A DNA stretch of 64,000 bases, from assembly GCA_019828565.1 (NCBI GenBank), contig JAHDYR010000069.1:1-64000 (forward strand), written 5' to 3'. Position numbers and translations under genes: made by a program. The notes under the pieces were generated by a model that saw only the letters and a program-made list of their open reading frames with translations, was not told where the DNA came from and made no database searches. Position 1 is the stretch's first letter, and every line of letters begins with the position of its first letter. This document shows, one piece after another, positions 1 to 11,674 of this stretch. Source of the stretch: Carpediemonas membranifera BICM (Eukaryota; Protista; Fornicata).

Positions 1-3000
1 TCTCGAGCTCGGCCTTCTCGGCCTGAGGGTGTCGCGCTCCTCGGAGGTGGAGGCGATCTTGCTCTCTTCGAGCTCGGCCTTCTCGGTCTGGAGGGAAGTT
101 GTCTCTGGAAGCCTGGTAGCTTTGATCTGCTCGAGCTCTGGCCTCGGCCTGGAGGGTGCTGTCGCGCGCCCTCGGTGTCGAAGCGATCTCGCGAGCTCTG
201 GAATTTTCCCGCCTGAAGCGCCGCGGGCCGCAGCGCGATCTTGCTCTCTCGAGCCTCTGGCCGGGCCGGAGGGTGTCGCGCTCCTCGGGAGGTGGAGGCG
301 ATCTTGCCTTCAAGCTCTGCCTTCTCGGCGCGGAAGGGCACTGCTTCGAGCTCGGACTCGGTCGCCTTGCCGTCCTCGAGCATCTCGGCGATGCGGGTCT
401 CGAGGCTCGTCTTGGTTATCGGTCGCGGCGTCGTGAGCGACTTCGAGCTCGGCCTTCTCGGCCTGGAGGGTGTCGCGCTCCTCGGAGGTGGAGGCGATCT
501 TGCCTTCGAGCTCAGCCTTCCTCGGCCTGGAGGGTGTCGCGCCCTCGAGGTGAATGCGACCTCTGTTCTCTCTGAGCTCAGCTCTCGGCCTGAGGGAAGT
601 CGCGCCTGGAGGTGAGGCGATCTTGCCTTCTCGAGCTCAGCCTCTCGGCCTGGAGGGTGTCGCGCTCCCTCGGAAGTCGAAGCGATCTTGCCTTCGAGCT
701 CAGCCTTCTCGGCCTGGGAAGGTGTCGTGCCTCGGAAGTCGAAGCGATCTTGCTCTTCTGAGCTCGGCCTTCTCGGCCTGGAGGGTGTCGCGCCCTCGGG
801 AGGGAGGCGACCTGCCCTGAGCGTCAGCCCTCCTCCTCGGCCTGAGGGTGTCAAGTGTCTCGGAGGTGAATGCGATCTTTAGCTGCCTTCGAGCTCAGCC
901 TTCTCGGCCCACCAGGAGGGTGTCGCGCTCCTCGGAGGTGGAGGCTTGATCTTGCCTTCGAGCTCGGCCTTCTCGGCCTGGAGGGTGTCGCGCTCCCTCG
1001 GAGGTGGAGGAGGCGATCTTGCCTTCAAGCTCTGCCCTTCTCGGCGCCGAAGGGCATCAAGCTTCTCTTCGAGCTCGGACTCGGTCGCCTTGCCGTCCTC
1101 GAGCATCTCGGCGATGCGGGTCTCGAGGCTCGCTCGGCAGCATCGGTCGCGGCGTGCCCGAGCGACTTCGAGCTCGGCCTTCTCGGCCTGGAGGGTGTCG
1201 CGCTCCTCGGAGGTGGGAGGCGATCTTGCCTTCGAGCCTCAGCCTTCGGCCTGGAGGGTGTCGCGCTCCTCGGAGGTGAATGCGATCTTGCTCGAGCTCA
1301 GCCTTCTCGGCCTGGAGGGTGTCGCGCTCCTCGGAGGTGGAGGCGATCTTGCCTTCGAGCTCAGCCTTCGGAGGTGTCGCGCTCCTCGGAAGTCGAAGGA
1401 TCTGCCTCGGGCTCTGAGCGCTCGGCCTGGAAGGTGTCGCCCTCGGAGGTCGAAGGCGATCTTGCCTTCGAGCTCAGCCTTCTCGGCCTGGAGGGTGTCG
1501 CGCTCCTCGGAGGTGGAGGCGATCTTGCCTTCGAGCTCAGCCTTCTCGGCCTGGAGGGTGTCGCGCTCCTCGGAGGTGGAGGCGATCTTTGCTCGAGCCT
1601 TGCTCTTCTCGGCCTGAGGGTGTCGCGCTCCTCGGAGGTGGAGGCGATCTTGCCTTCGAGCTCAGCCTTCTCGGCCTGGAGGGTGTCGCGCTCCTCGGGA
1701 GTCGAGCGATCTTGCCTGAGCTCAGCCTTCTCGGCCTGGAGGGTGTCGCGCTCCTCGGAGGTGGAGGCGATCTTGCCTTCAAGCTCTGGCCTTCTCGGCG
1801 CCGAAGGGCACTCGATAGCTTTCTCTCGAGCCTCGGACTCGGTCGCCTTGCCGTCCTCGAGCATCTCGGCGATGCGGGTCTCGAGGCTCGTCTTGGCATC
1901 GGTCGCGGCGTCGAGCTCGGCCTTCTCGGCCTGGAGGGTGTCACGCTCCTCGGAGGAATAGAGCGATCTTGCCTTCGAGCTCGGCCTTCTCGGCCTGGAG
2001 GGTGTCGCGCTCCTCGGAGGTGGAGGCGATCTTGCCTTCGAGCTCAGCCTTCTCGGCCTGGAGGGTGTCGCGCTCCTCGGAGGTGGAGGCGATCTTGCCT
2101 TCGAGCTCAGCCTTCTCGGCCTGGAGGGTGTCGCGCTCCTCGGAGGTGGAGGCGATCTTGCCTTCGAGCTCAGCCTTCTCGGCCTGGAGGGTGTCGCGCT
2201 CCTCGGAGGTGGAGGCGATCTTGCCTTCGAGCCTCAGCCCCTCTCCTCGGCCTGGAGGGTGTCGCGCTCCTCGGAGGTGGAGGCGATCTTGCCTTCGAGC
2301 TCAGCCTTCTCGGCCTGGAGGGTGTCGCGCTCCTCGGAGGTGGAGGCGATCTTGCCTTCGAGCTCGGCCTTCTCGGCCTGGAGGGTGTCGCGCCTCGGGA
2401 GTGGAGGCGATCTTGCCTTCGAGCTCAGCCTTCTCGGCCTGGAGGGTGTCGCGCTCCTCGGAGGTGGAGGCGATCTTGCCTTCGAGCTCAGCCTTCTCGG
2501 CCTGGAGGGTGTCGCGCTCCTCAGTCGAAGCGACTCTTGCCTTCGCAGCTCAGCACCTCTCGGCCTGCCGAGGGTGTCGCGCCTCCTCGGAAAGCGCGAG
2601 CGATCTTGCCTCGAGCTCGGCCTTTCTCGGCCTCGGAGAGGTGTCAGCGCTCCTCGGAGGTGGAGGCGATCTTGCCTTCGAGCTCGGCCTTCTCGGCCTG
2701 GAGGGTGTCGCGCTCCTCGGAGGTGGAGGCGATCTTGCCTTCGAGCTCGGCCTTCTCGGCCTGGAGGGTCGCGCTCCTCGGAGGTGGAGGCGATCTTGCT
2801 CTCGAGCTCGGCCAGCTCGGCCTGGAGGGTGTCGCGCCCTCGGGAGGTGGAGGCGATCTTGCCCTTCGAGCTCCGCCTCCTCGGCCTGGAGGGTGTCGCG
2901 CTCCTCGGAGGTGGAGGCGATCTTGCCTTCGAGCTCAGCCTTCTCGGCCTGGAGGGTGTCGCGCTCCTCGGAGGTGGAGGCGATCTTGCCTTCGAGCTCA

Positions 3001-6000
3001 GCCTTCTCGGCCTGGAGGGTGTCGCGCTCCTCGGAGGTGGAGGCGATCTTGCCTTCGAGCTCAGCCTTCTCGGCCTGGAGGGTGTCGCGCTCCTCGGAGG
3101 TCGGGAGGCGATCTTGCCTCTCGAGCCGGCCTCTCGGCCTGGAGGGTGTCGCGCTCCTCGGAGGTGGAGGCGATCTTGCCTTCGAGCCTCGGCCTTCTCG
3201 GCCTGGAGGGTGTCGCGCTCCTCGGAGGTCGAGGCGATCTTGCCTTCGAGCTCGGCCTTCTCGGCCCCTGAGGGTGTCGCGCTCCCTCGGGAAGTCGAAG
3301 CGATCTTGCCTTCACGAGCCTCGGCCTTCTCGCGGCCTGGAGGGTGTCGCGCTCCTCGGAGGTGGAGGCGATCTTGCCTTCGAGCTCGGCCTTCTCGGCC
3401 TGGAGGGTGTCGCGCTCCTCGGAAGTCGAAGCGATCTTGCCTTCAAGCTCGGCCTTCTCGGCCTGGAGGGTGTCGCGCTCCTCGGAGGTGGAGGCGATCT
3501 TGCCTTCGAGCTCAGCCTTCTCGGCCTGGAGGGTGTCGCGCTCCTCGGAAGTCGAAGCGATCTTGCCTTCGAGCTCAGCCTTCTCGGCCTGGAGGGTGTC
3601 GCGCTCCTCGGAGGTGGAGGCGATCTTGCCTTCAAGCTCTGCCTTCTCGGCGCGAAGGGCATCAAGCTTCTCTTCGAGCTCGGACTCGGTCGCCTTGCCG
3701 TCCTCGAGCATCTCGGCGATGCGGGTCTCGAGGCTCGTCTTGGCATCGGTCGCGGCGTCGAGCGACTTCTCGAGCTCGGCCTTCTCGGCCTGGAGGGTGT
3801 CGCGCTCCTCGGAGGTGGAGGCGATCTTGCCTTCGAGCTCAGCCTTCTCGGCCTGGAGGGTGTCGCGCTCCTCGGAGGTCGAAGCGATCTTGTCTTCAAG
3901 CTCAGCCTTCTCGGCCTGGAAGGTGTCGCGCTCCTCGGAAGTCGAAGCGATCTTGCCTTCGAGCTCAGCCTTCTCGGCCTGGAGGGTGTCGCGCTCCTCG
4001 GAGGTGGAGGCGATCTTGCCTTCGAGCTCAGCCTTCTCGGCCTGGAGGGTGTCGCGCTCCTCGGAGGTGGAGGCGATCTTGCCTTCGAGCTCAGCCTTCT
4101 CGGCCTGGAGGGTGTCGCGCTCCTCGGAAGTCGAAGCGATCTTGCCTTCGAGCTCGGCCTTCTCGGCCTGGAGGGTGTCGCGCTCCTCGGAGGTGGAGGC
4201 GATCTTGCCTTCGAGCTCAGCCTTCTCGGCCTGGAGGGTGTCGCGCTCCTCGGAAGTCGAAGCGATCTTGCCTTCGAGCTCGGCCTTCTCGGCCTGGAGG
4301 GTGTCGCGCTCCTCGGAGGTGGAGGCGATCTTGCCTTCGAGCTCGGCCTTCTCGGCCTGGAGGGTGTCGCGCTCCTCGGAGGTCGAAGCGATCTTGCCTT
4401 CGAGCTCAGCCTTCTCGGCCTGGAGGGTGTCGCGCTCCTCGGAGGTGGAGGCGATCTTGCCTTCGAGCTCAGCCTTCTCGGCCTGGAGGGTGTCGCGCTC
4501 CTCGGAGGTCGAAGCGATCTTGCCTTCGAGCTCAGCCTTCTCGGCCTGGAGGGTGTCGCGCTCCTCGGAGGTGGAGGCGATCTTGCCTTCGAGCTCGGCC
4601 TTCTCGGCCTGGAGGGTGTCGCGCTCCTCGGAGGTGGAGGCGATCTTGCCTTCGAGCTCGGCCTTCTCGGCCTGGAGGGTGTCGCGCTCCTCGGAGGTCG
4701 AAGCGATCTTGCCTTCGAGCTCGGCCTTCTCGGCCTGGAGGGTGTCGCGCTCCTCGGAGGTGGAGGCGATCTTGCCTTCGAGCTCGGCCTTCTCGGCCTG
4801 GAGGGTGTCGCGCTCCTCGGAGGTGGAGGCGATCTTGCCTTCGAGCTCAGCCTTCTCGGCCTGGAGGGTGTCGCGCTCCTCGGAGGTGGAGGCGATCTTG
4901 CCTTCGAGCTCAGCCTTCTCGGCCTGGAAGGTGTCGCGCTCCTCGGAGGTGGAGGCGATCTTGCCTTCGAGCACAGCCTTCTCGGCCTGGAGGGTGTCGC
5001 GCTCCTCGGAGGTGGAGGCGATCTTGCCTTCGAGCTCGGCCTTCTCGGCCTGGAGGGTGTCGCGCTCCTCGGAAGTCGAAGCGATCTTGCCTTCGAGCTC
5101 AGCCTTCTCGGCCTGGAGGGTGTCGCGCTCCTCGGAGGTGGAGGCGATCTTGCCTTCGAGCTCGGCCTTCTCGGCCTGGAGGGTGTCGCGCTCCTCGGAG
5201 GTGGAGGCGATCTTGCCTTCGAGCTCAGCCTTCTCGGCCTGGAGGGTGTCGCCCCTCGGAGTGGGAGGCGATCTTGCCTTCGAGCTCGGCCTTCTCGGCC
5301 TGGAGGGTGTCGCGCTCCTCGGAGGTGGAGGCGATCTTGCCTTCGAGCTCGGCCTTCTCGGCCTGGAGGGTGTCGCGCTCCTCGGAGGTGGAGGCGATCT
5401 TGCCTTCGAGCTCAGCCTTCTCGGCCTGGAGGGTGTCGCGCTCCTCGGAGGTGGAGGCGATCTTGCCTTCAAGCTCAGCCTTCTCGGCCTGGAGGGTGTC
5501 GCGCTCCTCGGAGGTGGAGGCGATCTTGCCTTCAAGCTCGGCCTTCTCGGCCTGGAGGGTGTCGCGCTCCTCGGAGGTGGAGGCGATCTTGCCTTCAAGC
5601 TCAGCCTTCTCGGCCTGGAGGGTGTCGCGCTCCTCGGAGGTCGAAGCGATCTTGCCTTCAAGCTCAGCCTTCTCGGCCTGGAGGGTGTCGCGCTCCTCGG
5701 AGGTGGAGGCGATCTTGCCTTCGAGCTCGGCCTTCTCGGCCTGGAGGGTGTCGCGCTCCTCGGAGGTGGAGGCGATCTTGCCTTCGAGCTCAGCCTTCTC
5801 GGCCTGGAGGGTGTCGCGCTCCTCGGAAGTCGAAGCGATCTTGCCTTCGAGCTCAGCCTTCTCGGCCTGGAAGGTGTCGCGCTCCTCGGAGGTGGAGGCG
5901 ATCTTGCCTTCGAGCACAGCCTTCTCGGCCTGGAGGGTGTCGCGCTCCTCGGAAGTCGAAGCGATCTTGCCTTCGAGCTCGGCCTTCTCGGCCTGGAGGG

Positions 6001-7940
6001 TGTCGCGCTCCTCGGAGGTGGAGGCGATCTTGCCTTCGAGCACAGCCTTCTCGGCCTGGAGGGTGTCGCGCTCCTCGGAGGTGGAGGCGATCTTGCCTTC
6101 GAGCTCGGCCTTCTCGGCCTGGAGGGTGTCGCGCTCCTCGGAGGTGGAGGCGATCTTGCCTTCGAGCACAGCCTTCTCGGCCTGGAGGGTGTCGCGCTCC
6201 TCGGAGGTGGAGGCGATCTTGCCTTCGAGCTCGGCCTTCTCGGCCTGGAGGGTGTCGCGCTCCTCGGAGGTCGAAGCGATCTTGCCTTCGAGCTCAGCCT
6301 TCTCGGCCTGGAGGGTGTCGCGCTCCTCGGAGGTGGAGGCGATCTTGCCTTCGAGCTCGGCCTTCTCGGCCTGGAGGGTGTCGCGCTCCTCGGAGGTGGA
6401 GGCGATCTTGCCTTCGAGCTCGGCCTTCTCGGCCTGGAGGGTGTCGCGCTCCTCGGAGGTGGAGGCGATCTTGCCTTCGAGCTCGGCCTTCTCGGCCTGG
6501 AGGGTGTCGCGCTCCTCGGAGGTGGAGGCGATCTTGCCTTCGAGCTCGGCCTTCTCGGCCTGGAGGGTGTCGCGCTCCTCGGAAGTCGAAGCGATCTTGC
6601 CTTCAAGCTCAGCCTTCTCGGCCTGGAGGGTGTCGCGCTCCTCGGAGGTGGAGGCGATCTTGCCTTCGAGCTCGGCCTTCTCGGCCTGGAGGGTGTCGCG
6701 CTCCTCGGAGGTGGAGGCGATCTTGCCTTCGAGCTCAGCCTTCTCGGCCTGGAGGGTGTCGCGCTCCTCGGAGGTGGAGGCGATCTTGCCTTCGAGCTCA
6801 GCCTTCTCGGCCTGGAGGGTGTCGCGCTCCTCGGAGGTGGAGGCGATCTTGCCTTCAAGCTCAGCCTTCTCGGCCTGGAGGGTGTCGCGCTCCTCGGAGG
6901 TGGAGGCGATCTTGCCTTCAAGCTCAGCCTTCTCGGCCTGGAGGGTGTCGCGCTCCTCGGAGGTCGAAGCGATCTTGCCTTCAAGCTCAGCCTTCTCGGC
7001 CTGGAGGGTGTCGCGCTCCTCGGAGGTGGAGGCGATCTTGCCTTCGAGCTCAGCCTTCTCGGCCTGGAGGGTGTCGCGCTCCTCGGAGGTGGAGGCGATC
7101 TTGCCTTCGAGCTCAGCCTTCTCGGCCTGGAGGGTGTCGCGCTCCTCGGAGGTGGAGGCGATCTTGCCTTCGAGCTCGGCCTTCTCGGCCTGGAGGGTGT
7201 CGCGCTCCTCGGAGGTGGAGGCGATCTTGCCTTCGAGCTCAGCCTTCTCGGCCTGGAGGGTGTCGCGCTCCTCGGAGGTGGAGGCGATCTTGCCTTCGAG
7301 CTCGGCCTTCTCGGCCTGGAGGGTGTCGCGCTCCTCGGAGGTGGAGGCGATCTTGCCTTCGAGCTCAGCCTTCTCGGCCTGGAGGGTGTCGCGCTCCTCG
7401 GAAGTCGAAGCGATCTTGCCTTCGAGCTCAGCCTTCTCGGCCTGGAGGGTGTCGCGCTCCTCGGAAGTCGAAGCGATCTTGCCTTCAAGCTCGGCCTTCT
7501 CGGCCTGGAGGGTGTCGCGCTCCTCGGAAGTCGAAGCGATCTTGCCTTCGAGCTCAGCCTTCTCGGCCTGGAAGGTGTCGCGCTCCTCGGAGGTGGAGGC
7601 GATCTTGCCTTCGAGCACAGCCTTCTCGGCCTGGAGGGTGTCGCGCTCCTCGGAAGTCGAAGCGATCTTGCCTTCAAGCTCGGCCTTCTCGGCCTGGAGG
7701 GTGTCGCGCTCCTCGGAAGTCGAAGCGATCTTGCCTTCGAGCTCGGCCTTCTCGGCCTGGAGGGTGTCGCGCTCCTCGGAGGTGGAGGCGATCTTGCCTT
7801 CGAGCACAGCCTTCTCGGCCTGGAGGGTGTCGCGCTCCTCGGAAGTCGAAGCGATCTTGCCTTCGAGCTCGGCCTTCTCGGCCTGGAGGGTGTCGCGCTC
7901 CTCGGAGGTGGAGGCGATCTTGCCTTCGAGCTCGGCCTTC
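1..7940 (-). repeat. 63-bp coding tandem repeat (~125 units)
   Basis: Plus-strand unit gccttcgagctc(a/g)gccttctcggcctggagggtgtcgcgctcctcggaggtggaggcgatctt. Variants are mostly synonymous in the minus-strand frame. An alternative block (SLDAATDAKTSLETRIAEMLEDGKATESELEEKLDALR) recurs at ~340-440, 1050-1165, 1800-1915 and 3650-3770. Confidence 0.95.
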
Positions 7941-10294
7941 ATCTTCATGAACTCCTCCAGCCGCCGCCTCAGCTCCGCGATGATTGACTCCAACTCGGAC
8001 CTGTCCAGCTGTGCCTGCAGCAGCTTCGCATCGACGACACTCTTCTCCTCGATCACCCGGTGAGCCCTGGCCTCAGCCTCGGCAGTCTTTCCAGACTCGG
8101 CAGCGAGCTTCTCGGCAAGCCGGTCCGACTCTTTTTGCAAGGCTTCGTTGGCGACGTCAAGTTTCAGCTTCGCGTCTCGGGCAGCGTTCATTCTCGTCTC
8201 AAAGGACTCGAGCTCTTCCCTAGCGTCCTTCAGCTTCTTCTCGGCAGAAATCTTCGCCTTGGTCGTCGCCTTGAGCTTCCCCTCAAGCAATTCTTGCTCT
8301 GCCTCGGCCTCGTCTATACGGTCCTCCATGTCTTTGCGCTCCCGTTTGAGTCTGGCGAGCCGGTCGTCGAACGAGGCGATCTTCTCCCTGGCATCGGTCA
8401 GCTCTGCCCTGAGTACTGAGTGCTTCTGCTCAGAGTCGAGAAGCTCCGCGTTTGTCGCCTTCTGCTCCTCAAGAGCCCGGACGAGCTGCTCCTCAAGGCG
8501 AGTCTGGTCCTCGGCGGCGTTCACCACCTTGGCCTCCAACAGGGCCTTCTCTTCGTTTGTCACGGCCATCGTTGCCTTCAGCCCGACACGCTCCTCCTCG
8601 CCGGCATCCATGGCTGCTGCAAGCTCCTTCTCACGCTGCTTGGCCTCGGTGGCCACCTTCTGGAGCTGCTCGCGCTCTGCGGCCGCTGATGCTTGCAGGG
8701 CTTCCTGGGCCTCGACTGCCTTGCGAAGCTTGGCCTCTAGCTCTGACGAACGTTCGGAAAGAGCGGCCTTCTCCTCCTCAATGGCGGCCAGAGTCTTAGC
8801 GAGCTCATCGCGCTCCTGCTTGCTCGCTCCAGCCCTAATACGGGCAAGCTTCGCCTTCCTCTCCATCGTTTGTGCCCGCTCGTTAAGGTCGCGGAGCTCT
8901 GTCTCCATCACAGAGATGTCGTCGTCTGCCCCGCAGGTGTCGTCTACGTCGGCTGTCTGGCGGGCGCGGCGGAGCTTCTCGGTCTGCATTCGGCTCGCTT
9001 GAAGGAGGCGCTTGATGATCGCATTCTCTTGCTCGGTGGCCTGCTCGGCAGAGGTGGGGAGCGAAGGCCGGCGTTGGTGGCCCACAGAGACTGGCGCGGG
9101 CGACGACAGAAGATGCGGCGTCGAGTTGGATCTGAGTCGTGCAGTTTTAGGTCTCTCGAACTCGACCTCGGATTCAGATGAGCTCTCGAAATCGCTGCCG
9201 TCATTGGTCGACTGGGCTGTGGGGAAGAGGGCCTGCACTGCGTCCGTGGAAATGACTGCCGCACACCCTTCCTTCCCAGACGGTACGTTTCTCCCAGCAA
9301 CAACGACAAGCGGCGGGAATACGCTTGGCGTCTCTTCAGGCCGCACAGCGACAAGGAGGGAGTTCTCCGTGCCCACGAAGGAGCCTATGGATCTAACACC
9401 CTTCGCGGACGAGTACTGTCTCGTGGCCTCGTCATACTGCATACAGACCAGCGATCCCTTAGGCTGCACGCCGATGACCATGGGCGCCGGCCCCTGCGCA
9501 GCGACTAGGGTGCTGATCTTAGTGGCGAGACGCACAGTCTTGACGAGATCACCTGAGGGCGAGTAAACCTTGACGGAGCCCTCGTTCGTGGCGGCCCACA
9601 CATGGGTGCCAGACCAGACGAGAGAGACGGGGACGGCGGTGTCAAGGGACCGCACGACCCGCTTCTGGGTGTGGCTGGCGGCATCGATGAGTGTGAGGGT
9701 CCCATCGAGGCACGCTGCCCACACGTAGGGTGTCCGGCCACCAACCTTGAGGAGAGACGTCACTGCGTTCTTCTTTTGAATCGAAACCTTCACAGCGGCC
9801 TTGTCCTTCTCCTTGATATCATAGACCTGGATTCTGAAGTCTGCGCTTGCTGACCAAACCTCACCTCGGTTGTTGGTGATCACTGGAACAACGGCGTGCA
9901 CGCGGTCCACGTGGCCGTTGTGGAAGGCCTTGGGGGGCTCTGGAGTGGTTGCAGAGGACATTGGGAGCTTCAGGGTGAATAGGCGGCCCTTTTGGGTTCC
10001 CACCCAGACTCGCTGGCTCTCCGAATGGAAACCGAGGGCTGATATGAAGTCGTTGCGGCATACTTCGATGGTGTGGATCTGTTTTAGAGTCTCTATGTCG
10101 AATAAAACAAGGTTGTTCCTTCCTGCGACGACGATCAGGCGCTTACCAACAGCTATGTGTTTCATAACTGGAGCGGAACTTGAAGGCGGGCGTGCGCTGG
10201 TGGCTATTCGCGTTGTTGAACGAGCAAGTGGCGTCGCTCTCGGCGTACGAGGACCGCCAGGCCTTAGCTGTGGCGTGCTGAAGGCCCCTTGCAT
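1..10294 (-). CDS. Host gene: WD40/beta-propeller-like N-terminus + long coiled coil + >120 copies of a 21-aa heptad repeat; 3' end runs off the window
   Basis: ORF 5225..10453, with probable start MQGAFSTP at 10294. It has WD-like segments (VWVGTQKGRLF, VWSASADFRIQVYD, VWAACLDGTLTLID, VWAATNEGSVKVYS), then an E/K/A-rich coiled coil, then (KAELEGKIASTSEERDTLQAE)n. The frame continues across an indel near 5255 and many indels below 3350. Confidence 0.8.
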
Positions 10295-11382
10295 TATGGC
10301 GCAGGTTAGAGAAAAATTGGCCCGACCGTCAGCGTATCTGGTCTTGTAGTGACAACCATGTGCCGGAAGAGTCTCTATCTGGCACGAAACGTGATTTGAC
10401 CTTGGTTTTGTCAGCTTTGATTCTTGTCGTTGCCTGGTCCATTTTTTCGCCAATGCTCAACACCCAAGGATACTTGTGCTCCCTTCAAGTCGTCTTCATC
10501 AGTGCCACCATGGACACAAATCCATCCAACACAAGCTTTACTAACAGCATTTACGGCTCCTACAAAAAGTTCAGTGCTCAGTTGTTCTGCCAACAAGAAT
10601 TCGCCCGACTGACCGCATTTCCATCCCGTCACATCGTACGGCATATACGGAACTTTGATCTTGGTATTCCCCGCCGGTATCGGGATTGAATACCCGTCCC
10701 ATGTGCACTGCTGAACACCGTTGCCCGGGGCAGCCATGCTGGCCCTGCCTTCCTCAGTGACGTCAACATTGACCACAGCCTTTCACATGACGAGACTGGA
10801 ATGGCACATTCTTGCAGGTGGCGCCAATTTCGCCGGGGTTGGCGAGCGGGTGGAAGCCTCCAACGGTTTCTGAAGCTCAGTGAGAGCCATGACCGAATTA
10901 CTTAACTATTATGTGTGTGCTGCATCCACGCGCTTCTTCTATTCTTCCTCTTCTATATAAGGCGGGGGACAAGGATTAGGTTGAAAGCAAGAATAACGTG
11001 GCCATTTTCAGCGGGATTGAAGAATACGATCCCTCTGTACTGCCTGAGCTTGGTTGGCTTCGAGAAGTCGAGATTGATCTCATTTCTTCACGACCCTTGT
11101 TCAGCCATCTCTTTGGTTTCGCAGTTTTGGGAACAGCCAATTGTGCCACTTGAAGGGTCGAACAATGTGGTTAATACTGCGCAATACCGCTCTATCTCCA
11201 TCCTACTCATGTCTGAAGTGGACAGCTGGACCATGTTTTCCAGATTCACAACAAAATAGTCTTCGTGGTCCAGAGAAATCGTGGCAAAGATGTTTCTGCT
11301 GTTTCTCCCGTGGTTGTAGTCATGTAGAATCGTGAATACTACCTAAATGAGCAGCAAAATTGAGTACGTCATAGTTTGATTA

Positions 11383-11455
11383 GCTCCTTTAGCTCAGTTG
11401 GTAGAGCATGCGATTCGTAATCGTAAGGTCTTCGGTTCGAACCCGGAAGGGAGCA
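11383..11455 (+). tRNA. tRNA-Thr(CGT)
   Basis: Cloverleaf: acceptor GCTCCTT/AGGGAGC, D arm GCTC-AGTTGGTA-GAGC, anticodon arm TGCGA-TT CGT AA-TCGTA, T arm TTCGG-TTCGAAC-CCGGA, discriminator A, no encoded CCA. Confidence 0.93.
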
Positions 11456-11458
11456 AAC

Positions 11459-11462
11459 TTTT
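11459..11462 (+). terminator. Pol III oligo-T terminator (T4) lying within the 3' end of the inserted CRE element
   Basis: aacTTTTatg follows the tRNA directly. The same trailer accompanies every family A copy (15137, 26020). Confidence 0.55.
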
Positions 11463-11674
11463 ATGTAATCAACGACAAACTGTCTAGCGAGCGGCGAGGC
11501 GCAGCCGAGCTTCGCGAGCCTGAGCGCAGCGAAGCAGTTTGAGGCTATGGGGTGCGTCGGGGTCCTCCGTCGCTCCATCCAGTGAGTCGCTGGCGAGTCA
11601 ACAAAACCAACAAGAACACTCTGAAGCGCTCTGCACGAGCCGATTGCTACACCAATATCAGAATTGAGTAACAA

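Noticed and set aside
1-3350. Dense frameshifts suggesting pseudogenisation or programmed frameshifting
   Set aside because: Indel density rises toward the window edge in a pattern typical of low-coverage long-read consensus error.
1-8063. Very long plus-strand and alternative-frame ORFs over the 63-bp repeat; also considered as a CRISPR-like array
   Set aside because: These are shadow frames of a stop-free repeat. Only the KAELEGK frame is continuous with the unique N-terminus and shows synonymous variation. There are no unique spacers.
10411-10890. Small minus-strand ORF upstream of the coiled-coil gene
   Set aside because: No recognisable motif, and it needs frameshifts to reach an ATG. 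It may be a real host gene but cannot be supported from sequence alone.
11444-11480. 37-bp TSD for CRE family A
   Set aside because: It matches at 15125 and nearly at 26008, but the right flank of copy 3 (29468) lacks the 25-bp trailer. A 12-bp duplication with the trailer travelling with the element explains all junctions.
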